Shown piece after piece: positions 36,499 to 48,700 of a stretch of 64,000 nucleotides of DNA (its first letter is position 1; every line of letters begins with the position of its first letter). This stretch comes from Lepidodermella squamata (Eukaryota; Animalia; Gastrotricha), in contig JBLDXI010000001.1 of the NCBI GenBank assembly GCA_047495785.1, positions 1,798,001 through 1,862,000 of the forward strand. Reading direction: 5' to 3'. The notes under the pieces were generated by a model. The model made no database searches. It worked only from the letters and a program-made list of their open reading frames with translations, and was not told the DNA's origin. The position numbers were made by a program, and so were the translations under genes.

Positions 36499-38880
36499 AT
36501 GTGCCATCCGCCGACATGCGTCTACCGCGTCTACATAGCCGCCTGCTGCGTTGTCTGCCTCATCGGCGCCGTTGCCGTCATCGCCATCGGCATGGCCCTC
36601 GGTTACCGCATGGGCGAAGATTCAGTCTACAACTTCAAAGAAAATCGGCCAAACGGCGTCGCGGTGTCTACCAAAAATCGAGAGCAAATGGTCGAAGTTC
36701 AAAGTCATTTCAAGCACATAACGAGTAAGAGAAGATTATTTATTAAGGCGGATTTTTTTTAAATATTATTATTTTATTCAGCCTCACTCACTGGTAGTGG
36801 AATCGTTTCCGGCACGATTTCTATGATTGGAGGCTATGGTGCTTGTTGCAATTTAGCTCTAGCTCTTTATTTAGTAAGTCACCTTGAAATGAAGATTCTA
36901 AGGATTCCAAAGGGCATATGATTTCTTAGTTCATGGTTGGAGTCGCTTTGTTGGTTGTAGCTGAGGTCGCTACCGGTGCCGTCGTTTACTACAAGCAGAC
37001 TTTGATAATTGAAACTCTCACAGAATTTCGTTCAAATGGAATATGTGGCGTAAGTTCGACCTTATAATCCTCTGGACAACTCTAGGATATCACTTTTTCT
37101 CTAGACAATCTGCTTTCTTGATGATCTCGTTTCAAGGCAACTTATGTCAGCTGTTATCATAGTTATTGGAATGACTGTCCTTCAAGTGAGTGCATAATTT
37201 GATTCAGTAGAATAATATTTTACTTTCTCGATTTAATTTTAGGTTGGCCAAATAGTTTGTGCCTACTGCATTGTAAGGCGTCTGAGTACTCCTAAGCCGG
37301 TTCGAAATATTCAGCACGCCGTGCGTCGCATGACGGCGCATTTGTTCAACATTCACTCGACTGCAGTTAACAGCCCGGCAACGGGAGGCGTTGCTGGTAG
37401 TAGCAGCGGTGCAGCATCTACAACACCGCGTCCGGACAAACCCGCCTCGTCAGACGCGTCTCCTAACACGCATGCCCCAGCCATACATACGCCGTCTCTA
37501 ATGATGACGGGTGTTAACGCGGCGAGGGAGCAGCGGAACAGCCAACAAAGCACTACTATAGACCTAACTCCTAACAGCGCTGCGAAGAAACAAGCAATTT
37601 TGGTTTCGGAGGGGCAGCAAACCGATGATTTAGAGGAGCTATCTCGGCCGTTGATAGTGAAGCGGGTCGAGGAGCAGGGTTGTCAGACGCCCTCCGCAGC
37701 TCAATTGGCGAGGAGTGGTAGTTTAAATAACGCCAAAGCTAGTGATTCCGACGTGATTGATGTTATAGAAGAGACCACTGTCGTAGGCCAGAAGAGTTGC
37801 ATGCGCTATGCGGCCGGGTCTAGCGCGAGGCCGACCAGTGTTTCTAGTACAAAAGAGGTGATTCTCGCGGCGGGCGAGGCTGTGAGGGAAGCTAGGCAGC
37901 AACATTTTCACAGCAGCCGAGTTCCCGAGAGTCCGTCGTCTTCCGCGGTGAGGTCGTCAAACGAGCTCGTGGATACGGTGACGTCTGCTTACGGCTACAT
38001 TAGTACCTCCGCTATGGCGTCGGATAGCAACACGACGACAGATGGCGAGCGTCCCAGCCACGATCTCACGCCGTCTGCCATAGCTTTACCAAGTCTTTCG
38101 TCAACTTCTCATCATCAGCAACATCATGCAACAACTGTGCCGTCGTCCGGCGCCGGTCCGCCCCAGCCGCCCGGGCACAACGTCAAACCCGAGCATACTG
38201 CTGTTCCTGCCCTTACTCATCAGGCGTCGACGACATCCAGGTCAAGCCGCGTAGCTAAGCTCATTCCTTCTTCGTGTCACTCGTCGCTTCCAGCACCTCA
38301 TTACGTCCGTAAACTCAATGATTTTAGGGAAATTCAGCAACCACTCGCCCTGCAACAACAACAGCAACAACATCCACAACCGCATGGCTCACCATCTCCC
38401 ACTGCCAGGAGACGTCACTTGATGATCCCTGTAGCGCCCTCGATGTCTTCGACCTCAACCTCAACCCTGCCACGGGTTCCTCCCCCGCCACCGCCGCCGC
38501 TCGACGACACGCCCGGCCGACCTCCAATCGCGCCGACGCTTCGTTTTGCGGCTCTTCCACCCTCCGCAGTTATCAGCAGCCAACACGCGTCGAATTTGGC
38601 CAAAAATCGGCGCGCGCGCAGCTATACCAACGTCGATACGACGGACAATGAGGCGCTGGAAGCGGCGGACTACATTGACCTGCGCGAGTTGCGCCGAAGC
38701 CCCGGCACCCCGGGGCGGATGGCACGGTTCGGCCACTTGCACAGTCGCAATGCCTTAGTATGCAGCCACCAGCAACAACCTCCTCTTATGCCACAGCCGG
38801 CGCACGCGCTAGGCTCGTATCCTGACAGGAACCAGTGGCGACTGCCCGAAATTCGAACGCTCTATGTTTCTTATGTGTAA
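36499..38880 (+). CDS. Atypical tetraspanin-like four-TM protein with a ~530-aa disordered cytoplasmic tail
   Basis: Five exons (36499-36724, 36782-36874, ~36930-37049, ~37106-37186, 37243-38880) join in frame via GTAAG/GTGAG-AG introns. Four hydrophobic helices, IGGYGACC at the end of TM2, Glu in TM3 and Gln in TM4. Confidence 0.8.
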
Positions 38881-39263
38881 AATCTGTTTAAATGTCTCGA
38901 AATGATAAATTATAGTTTTCTTCTGGCTGATCCACACGATAATATGATGGCTACGGTGTGGTTTAGCTGTCTTGATGATGATGAATCTTCATTCATACAG
39001 CATATAGAACTAAAAAATGGCTTACCGAACCTATTGCTTCTTTTTTATTGAATGTAGCCTTTGCGCGTTGTCAAAATAAAACAAGAGCAATGATCTGTTA
39101 CTGATATCCATTCTGATCTCCCATCTCGATCCAAGCAATGGTTAAAAAATGTACAAATCATTAAAACACCATAGCAATATTTCATAGAAGGAGTTTATTG
39201 ATAACAAATCAAGACGGAAAAATAACTGATTAGATTTCAGGAGAAGCTTAGTTAACTTCTATT

Positions 39264-42200
39264 TTAAGGGTACGGGATTTCGAGAGGTGCTGGGCATGGT
39301 GTTGTAGTTAGACCAGGCTGGAAGTTTCCTTGTAGACGAGCGTAAGTCTTGGGCAACTGACTCATCCAAAACTAAATCAAACATTTCGGTTATGATCTGA
39401 TTAAATTCATGCATACACAGAAGAATTACCTGACAATCTCTTCTTTTCGGAGAATGTATAAGCTTCTGTTTTGATCCATCCACATCGAGAACGAGTGAAG
39501 GACCCACTAAGGGCTTGTACAGAGGCCACTCTGGTAGCTTGAGTCTGTCACCAAGGCTGTTATCTACTTTGTTAGGATCTCTTTAAAGGTGTTACTACTT
39601 TTAGAATGTATAGCTAACTTAGATGCGACATAAATTTACCCCGTGCGAGCGAAATTCGCAACATACTGCGTAGCGTACCTAGCGAGCATCTTCTCATCTT
39701 TTGTGTACGGTATTCGAACTTCATTTTCACGCAATGCATCACCGAGGGTATAGAGCAGCTCGTCAGTATGCTGAACACCCAACCAAGCTGGATCTTCTAT
39801 GCCTTCCGTTCGGTGCTCGAAATGAAAACTGTAAACCTGCAAAGCGAAAAATACATTAAGAATAAGACTGAGAGATAAATTGAGCTTACAGAGGAATTTC
39901 TAGCATAGGCATCCGCCCAAGCCAGAACAGGACACTTGAACATTTGATCACTGACCATCTGGTTGAGGGCTTCCACTACCTCCATGCCTTTCATGGGCTG
40001 CTGGCTGATTTTATCATTATCAGACCTCCAATACTGGGTGTACATAGCCTTGGTGATAATTGGATCAATTTTGATTCCATTAAGAGGATAATAGGGGTAG
40101 TAGGAACCAATCAATTGTACATATGTTTCCATAGTGAAAGCACTGACATCCCTGTCGGGATTCTTTGAAGTTGGGAGTATTTTCCCACCCTAATACAATT
40201 AAGAAGTTTATCTCATACTCATAGCTATCATGTTATCATAAATACCAGTGGAGTAGTAGTAAGGAAGAAGCTTCCTTCATCCTTAGTAAGGCCTACTAGT
40301 ATAGGCACGTCCTTATAATTACCGTCAGCGATCATTCGCACAGGATCTCCAGTGAACATATCGCCATCGATAACTGGGGGTAGTCCGATGCCCCCGACAA
40401 GGCTGGTAGACCCAGTTTCAGGGCTAACATCAGGCAATGCGAGCTGCAGCCTTGACGCGTATTTGTGTGGTACTTCACGTAAACATTTAACTTGCGCTTC
40501 CAACGTGGAAATATCACTACAATAGTCTGGGTAGTTTTTCGATAGGTATTTTAGCAACTTGACGGTTCGTTGTATCCCTTGTTCCTTTGTAATTGTTCCC
40601 CAAGATACGATCGGCGATCCACTAACCACCATGGCTCTATCGATGTACTGTTGAGCTTTTGGGGTCAGCAGCAACAATGAAGCAGAAGCCGCACCGGCAC
40701 TTTGACCAGCGAGGGTAATTTGGTTAGGATTTCCACCAAAAGCCGCGATATTTGCTTTGACCCACTTCAAAGCTTCGATCATGTCCCAGAGACCCATGTT
40801 GCCAGGAACGTCATCTATTCCAAGATAGGCGAAACCTAGTGGGCCTAGACGATATTGAATCGAGACGTAGACAAGATTCTCAAAGGACGAGAGCGATGTT
40901 CCGTTGAACTTCAAAATTGTTGTAGAGCCCTCCTGGAATGAACCTCCATGAATCCAGACAAAAACTGGAAAGAACGTTAAATACATATCTAAAATAAAAT
41001 CTGTCTTCGATCTAGTTTTAGACAGTCTAACACACAGAACGAATCCGTGTCAGATTGACGGATATTATTTCAGATGGACCGATTTTTTGAGAAGCCGAAT
41101 CTGAATTTCTGTGTTAGACACGCTATCGAAAACCAGAACGAAGTCCGCAAGTAAATCTCCGAAAGTAAAACTTAAGGCTCGGGGCCCGGGAATAAAATAC
41201 AGCCGGAATTTAAAACTACAGGTAAATTACTTAATACAGCATTTCGAATATTCCCAGCAATCAAAATCACTAAATTTATCGATTTTTTTATTTCTGCCAA
41301 ATTGGCAGCTATTCCGAAGTTTCTAAATACAGGTTGTTACAAAATAAAATATGGGGTTAGCCACCTAAAATTGCATACAAAGTTTTGTGGCGTTCACGGT
41401 AAGGCTAATGAAAACTAGGCCTCCGTGATTTATAAGCACTAATAAAAAACGCTATTTGTCCGGATAATTGAATTCGAACAAATAAGAAGGGTGCCTAAAA
41501 TTATGGAACCATAAGTGAGCTCAAAAACTGAAAATCTGCATTCCCGTAGCCGTTCGAACCACCATAGATTACCTTGAATTGGGCGATCGATTTTCCACAA
41601 TCGGTCATGAAAGCATCCATTTAAGCACAAAATATCTAAACGGCAACTAACTTTCAAACGAAATTCGAGAAAATGAAAGCCCAAAGTCCGAAAGCAATTG
41701 CCCGGATGCACTTATGTACCGAAAGCTGATTCCCGTAAGTCGAACACCCGATTATTGTCTAGTTACGTAATCACTGAAACTGGGTGAAAATAAAATTTTA
41801 ATACACCAGGAGGCGTTTCGATCCCTTGATTTCGCGGACGTTATACTGAACTTATTACATTTCTCTATGGCTAGCTATAGAATAATCCTTTAGTATTTAG
41901 TTATTAAGTAAAATTGAGACCTGGCGCAGAAGCCTTGGTGTCAAATGTGGACTTGCGAACCCAAATGTTGAGGAACAAGCAATCTTCTGAGTCGCTCACA
42001 TTTTGGCCCTAAGGATAAACATAACTTGAATGAAAAATGGCGTTCAAAGAATATGCTTACGAATTGTATTGTAGTTGCACTGGGTGGCGGCTGGGAGCAC
42101 TGGCTGGGTAACGTGGTGGCGATCAGCTCCTCAGTCCATGGCTTTTTTGGCACTGTCTTTCGGAACCTGTTCTCACCGATTGGTGGCTCTGCGAATGGAA

Positions 42201-42351
42201 TAGCTGAAAATTCGTAAATTTCATTGCCGCCAGGAACTTGTATTAAACGGCCTCTGAGTGGACCTGTGGATGTTTTCACTTGCGGCGAGAGTGTCTCCTC
42301 AGAAAACACACCACCAACAAGTAGAATACTCAAAATTGGCAATAAAATCAT
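39264..42351 (-). CDS. Secreted carboxylesterase CE5 (tandem family copy 1)
   Basis: Signal peptide, GGSF, GQSAG, GLTKDEG, GVQHTDEL. Spliced end ...FWMSQLPKTYARLQGNFQPGLTTTPCPAPLEIPYP*. One intron is expanded to ~0.95 kb (about 40965-41920). Confidence 0.9.
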
Positions 42352-42799
42352 TATTACTGGAGAGAGAATATCAGGTCAAATAAACTATGCAGTATATGTA
42401 GCTTCTGTTGTTTGATTAGATAACGACCGCCCTTATTTCCCTTACCATCCAACTGACCTGTTAGATAAGTGCTGCGATGAATAGTGCTTGAAATCGCCCT
42501 CATGAAACAATTGCCTCACTGAAGGGACTAACCTAGTCGGACGATTTCCTATTATCAAACAATCTCATATCAAACCCCCTTCAACGACCGGCTCTTTCAC
42601 CCTTCGACACACATTCTGCTAATTGAAAAATTGAAGATTTCGAGATTTGGTTAAAAGTAAAGTAATTACCCGATTAAAAATTGAAAATAGCATGCGTTTT
42701 TATTTTATGATTTAATCGGTCCTGATTGCTGTAATAATCATGAAATAGCCCAAGAAGTGAAAGTTATGATTACAGCAACTGTTATGAAAACTGTTATGA

Positions 42800-45700
42800 T
42801 TACGGATAAGGTATCTCGAGTGGTGGTGGACATGGTGTTGTAGTTAGACCAGGCTGGAAGTTTCCTTGTAGACGAGCGTAAGTCTTGGGCAACTGACTCA
42901 TCCAAAACTAAATCAAACATTTCGGTTATGATCTGATTAAATTCATGCATACACAGAAGAATTACCTGACAATCTCTTCTTTTCGGAGAATGTATAAGCT
43001 TCTGTTTTGATCCATCCACATCGAGAACGAGTGAAGGACCCACTAAGGGCTTGTACAGAGGCCACTCTGGTAGCTTGAGTCTGTCACCAAGGCTGTTGTC
43101 GACTTTGTTAGGATCCCTTCAAAAGATTTACTCTTTGAATTTATATCGGTTAAATGAAATCTGCCGCCCCAAAAGTTAGCCAAGGGCTTAACGCTTTCAT
43201 GGTCATACGGAAGATTTCGGAATTTTGACTTTGCATGCTCACAGCTCGCTTAATTTGTCGAATTTTTGTGTCTCCTTTCGTACAGTACTACTTTTGGTAC
43301 GTACAGTACTACTTTCAATCGAAGAAATCGTTATGCCAGAAATTTTTTCCGTTAGATCTGACAGTCTTGACTTAACAGCCGTGTTCGGCAGAGTCTCATT
43401 GACTACCTATTCCATTTTTATGACTTTTTACGTAAAACTGGCAAAACGGTAACCTGGCTGACGAATCCTACGAATTCATCCGGGTGAATCTATATTCAAA
43501 TAACTTGGGTGATTGCAGTTATCAGTAAAATCAGAACCTGATGCGAACTATGCGCCCAAGTGCCTAGTTTGGCATACCGTTGTCGATTTTCCGACTTGTT
43601 TCTTCATTTGCCAGAAAATTCAAAAATTCAAAAATTTCTTTGCTTGGCTGAAAAAAAATTCGGCCGTGAAAGTAAATGTGCAAAAAACCAAATTCATGGT
43701 TATAAACAAAGGAGATGAAATTGTTGAGCCTTTTATTATTTACAACGAACGGTTAGAAGAAGTTAGTAGCTTCACATATTTAGTAGCATAATTACCTACT
43801 TCAGATGGAGCTTCAAAAAGCGACATCAGAGGCAGAATTGAGAAAAGCTGAAAAGCTTTCGGTGCCTTCAAAATTTAAATTCAAAATTTAGAGGATCCGG
43901 ATGATCTAGCGATGGGTTGATGGGTTGATGAATCTGATACTCCTCGTGGGATTTTATAAATTTTGTTTCATTGATGAAAAGTTATTTCGGTTTAACTAGG
44001 ATCGGTCCCCGAGACTGTTCCTCCTAGGACACGCGGAATGACTGTCAAAGAAACCCAGACCGGCACAAAATAAGCTGAAATACGCTGAAATAATTAATCT
44101 GGAATAAGCTGGCATATGATTTCAGGGGATTTCAGATTAGCGTTTTTCCAGCATATTTCAGCTTAGAATTATTTCAAGCTTAGAATTTCAGCACTTTCCA
44201 GACGAGGGAAATTTATTTCAGCACTTTTCCGGCCATATAATTGTTTTTCTTTTTCATTCAAAATTTCGAAAGTTTGAAAGCCAACAATTTCCTGAAAAGG
44301 ACAATGGGCGTAAAAGTGGAAAATCGGCCCAATAGATAATGAAATAAAAAAATACCATCATTTAGAACTTTTCATTCTGAATCTATTTGTCTATTGCCAC
44401 TATCGCGTGAGAAGAAAAAAAACGTTTAAAGATGTAACTATTTATTTCACAACTTGGCGAAACAAAAAGCGATGATTTTCGTTGCGATAAACATGAAGAA
44501 AAAACTTGACGGTGGAAAACTGCGCCTTTAATACGTTCACATGCATTTTTTGAATTGTATTAATAAAATAAAATAAAATATTATTTTGTAAAATGTATAA
44601 GATTTTATATATCAAATTAAAATGCTAAATTGAGGGTGATTGGGCCGTCAACTTTTGAGTTTTTTTGAGGTTTCTGCAGTGATGTCAGTTGCTCTTCTGT
44701 CTAGAGACAAATTTCCGTACCGCCCATGTTTCGCCTATGGGCTTTCCTCGACACCGTCTTTGAACCAGCTAAATCTTAGCGGTACGCTAATTGGTCTTGT
44801 ATTTATTTTGACGCGTCGCCATCTTCAGCAATTTTGTTCTCCCCTTTGCCCTCCTCCGTTCAAGATGGCATGCCCTAATTCGTAAACTGCAGCCCGCGGA
44901 CTGTTTTCTAGATTTTTTCTAGCCAAAAGCTGAAAATTTTGCCGCAGGCGATCTTAACGCCATACTTTGGGCCGATTCCTGTGCGTTCACGCCCCTTGTG
45001 CTTTATCCCCACTCTTTTGGATGGACAAAAATGTCTGAAAAATCGGACCCACATCTTTTCATCGGAATAATAAAAACTTTCATCGTACTCTTTTTCTTTA
45101 AACCATCGGAAATACAATTTTTCAGAAAATTTCGCATTAAACCATCGGAATCGAAAACGTGCATAATTCCATCGGAACACACGATTTTTTCATCGGAACA
45201 TGCCATTAATGCATCGGAAAAGGGGTTTATAGGTGGTCATATTTCAAGATTGCTTAGAGACAATAAATAGACAATAAATAGACAATAAATGTTGCGAAAT
45301 TACGCCTCAGATGATGAGGCAGAAGGTAGGAGCCGATCAATGCTTTTTCCAATCCGCTGATGAGGATAGGAAGACCTCGAAATCTTTGATAAGTTATGTG
45401 ATCAATTACGAATTCGACGGGCAGCCAGCGAAAAAAGGAGAAAAGCCTCTTTGGACCGTGGTGATTTCTTGCAATTTTCTTCTCAAATTGCTAGCAGCGG
45501 CCAAGCGCTTTCAAGTTGATGCTATCCACAAGGTCATCCAAGGGGGTTATTTCAAGACGGCTATTATTCGGTGTTTCGTGCTTGAGATTTTATGGCTATG
45601 TGTTACTTTCATATGAGTTTAATTGCCGCAAATGGTTCGGAAGAAGTGCTTTATTTGTTTTTCCGATGGTTTCAGTCAGTAATTTGCTGTTACAGCGGGC

Positions 45701-48700
45701 GGAATTAAGCTTTGGTACGCGGTCCACGAAGGTGTCGTCCAACTTGCGAAAGATTACAACGAGGCGATTTCCGACGGTTTCAGACGATAATTAATTAATT
45801 TCTCTTTGCAGTTCCTAGTGTTATGGCTTATGGCTATCGACGAAGGATGAGCTTAGGGCTATTCCTAATGCTTACGTTTACGAAGACTTCATTTAGTAAT
45901 TCGAGCCAATTTATATCTATGGCCCGCTGCCGTGTTAGTATGAAGGCGCCTCAGATTTTATAATAATAAAGCACTATAACTAATAACGCGAATGAATCGC
46001 TGAAAAATCGGTTAAAGGCTGAAGGAACTGATAGGACTGTCCCGCCTTCACAGCATTTCTCTCGAAAACCGACGATGTCATCAATCATTGGGTTTCTGAA
46101 ACCTTTGATTGCTGAGCCTAGACGTGGTCGCGGGCGGGGTCGTAGTACGGCTTTTGTTCCAGCCCAAGCTGAACCTGTGGTTTCTGAATCAAGGCATGGT
46201 CGTAGTCGGTTAACAGCTATCACATCGATATCTGTTGACGAAACTTTCTATTGCCGAGGTCGAGTTCGTGGCAAACTCACCAGCTCTGTTTCTGTCGACG
46301 AAGAAAAAAAGGAGGGCTAACAACTCGAAATACACGCCGGGGTTGAAATTTGGAAACAGCTTTCTAATTATTTGTCGGAAATCAGTATCTTATTAGTGTC
46401 GGAATATACTGTTATTAAAATGAAGCTTTTCCGATGAAATAATGCATTTTTAATAGCGAAATATTTATTCCGATGGTTCCGATGGTTTCAGATAAAAATG
46501 GTAAGATGAAAGTAATTATTGTTCCGATGATTTGAAGTTACTTCGAAAAATCGAATATTAACCCGTATAAACCTGACCCCAGATATCGATCAGGGAAAAT
46601 TATTCTCTGATTGGTTTCTAGTGTAACGTTTTTCGCTGATTCTAAATCTGAAAACCGTATATTTTTATCATGCACTGTTATCGAGTTACGTAACCACACG
46701 CCGGCGTGTGTCCAGGCACAAAGCGCTAACAAACAAAATGCATTTTTTTCGTAAAAAAAATGGCGTAAGTCTTTGAAAAAATTTGATGAAATCAGTTCCA
46801 GCACATTTCAGCTCATTTCGTGCCGGTCTGGGAAGAGCTAAGAAGCTGCGGGTCGACGATCTGATGGTCGATCAAATCGCTCTAGTCATGCAGTTTATCC
46901 AGCAGTTACGCTCGGATAATGCTGACACCGCTCCGTCATCTCACTGCCCGCCGACTGGGCAGTCCCCTCGTAACTGGCATGACTCGTGGAGAGCTTGAGC
47001 CGGAGTTGGTCAGCGTTGCGCCGTGGCTGTCGATCGGCGCTGTCGATGTCATGAGCAGCGGCGGCCTCCGCGTGAGTACGCCACTGCGACGAACGCTGAC
47101 AAGCTGATCAAGCGTGTCGGCTTCCCTAAGGATGCGTTCCGCAAATCAGACTTCCGCGTTCACTATCCGGGCCGGCCTGACCCGACGGTGACCGAATCGG
47201 CTCGCATTTTGAAAGACAAAAGCTCGGCCATCTGCTTCCGCCTGCCCCCTGTTACACTGGCGACACTCTGCGCCCACTTTTCAGGTCCAGGTATATCGAC
47301 GAAATCCGCGAGATTCCCACGCTCCCTGGTAAGCAGACGTCGCCGACGGTGCTCGTCTTCCGAACAGCTGAGCATTACGAGGGCGCCATGGCTAATGGTG
47401 TCAAGTTTCTGAATCGTCGCATTAAAGTCCACATGTTGAAAAGCAAGGCTCTCCCGCCTAACTGCCTGAAATGGGCCGCGGGCCGCTTACGGCCACGTCG
47501 CTGTCGATTGCTCTCCGGACAACACCCAAAGCTGCAGCCGCTGTGTTGCGACTGACCACACGATTTCCACCTGTCTCGCTGAGCCTGAGGATCGTCATTG
47601 CCCCCACTGCAGTGGCGGCGGTGGGTCTGGTTTGTGGCGTGGCTGCCCTGCATTCAAGGCCGCACAGGCTGAAGAGGTGGCTTGCCGCCGTGCCATCGCC
47701 GTCGCCCGTGAAGAGAAAGCTGCCGAACGTGCGTCGGCAAACAAGCGAAGATTAAGATTCCCGAACACCTATGAGGTGGCCCTACGCACTTCTTCTCCAC
47801 CCGTGACTTTGCCGGCGGACCGCCGCCCGCTCCATGGTCACCCCCGCCTCCTATGACGGTGCCTCCTGCTACTTCGCCTCCGTCTGCCAATCCACTTTCT
47901 ATCGCCTGATGGCGCCCGGCTTTTTAGTCTTATGGAAGAGCGGTTCCAGCGTATGAACGCCGTATCGAAACTGTCGGACGCTTATTCGACAGGCTCTTCG
48001 CTTCCCCGCTGCCACCTCAAACCAGCTCGTCCCGCAATGGCTAGTACGCTGCACACGCTACTACAATGGAACCCGTGCGGACTAAGGACCTGACAAGGAC
48101 CTTGAAGCTTGTCGACTTATCAACCCTTGGCTTTTTTCATAAGTGAAACCTTTCTTTTCTCTCTTTTACGTGTCACCACTAGGGGATAATGCCATTTTTC
48201 GTTGTGATCGGGTACAGGACCCCGATGATCTGTTGCTCAATGGCGCTCGTGGCGGCGCTGCTCTGTTTGTTCGGGAGGGCGCTCTCGTGCTTGCCGAGCG
48301 GCGGCTGGCTCTGACTGGTCGCAAGCTTAGTGAGTGGCTCGCTTTGGTGTCGTCCCTTTCACTGGCTCGTCTGTCGTTCGGTTGCTTACTGGCTATTGTC
48401 CGCCGACTTCGTCCTTAGATCTCAGCTTCCTGGAAACCGAGTTCGCAGGGGCCTCAGCCTCAGGTTTCCCTTGTTTCTTTAGCGGGGACCTTAATGGCAA
48501 GTCTCCGTAACGCCTTGGATCTTGGATGCCCAGTTCCGCGCTGCGAAAGCGGCTCAGAAATTGAGGCGGGGTGATTTCAACCAGCGATATGTTGAAGCCC
48601 TGTCATTCCAGCACTGCTACCGTGAAGCTTATGCCCGCCTACATCGTTTCGATGTCGCTGCAGATTCTTCGTGCTTCCGATGTTATCCGCATGCCCGCTC

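Noticed and set aside
42738-43043. Hydrophobic GPI-like tail (SVIITVFITVAVIITF) in the ORF track for CE6
   Set aside because: It is reached only by reading through a 58-nt intron into another frame. The spliced frame gives the conserved FWMSQLP...IPYP* end in all four paralogs, and the hydrophobic run derives from a short 3'UTR repeat.
45050-45290. Regularly recurring catcggaa words and a 3x agacaataaat repeat, superficially CRISPR-like
   Set aside because: The repeats are short and irregularly spaced, the catcggaa set is mirrored at 46420-46537, and the context is eukaryotic. They are explained as transposon subterminal repeats.
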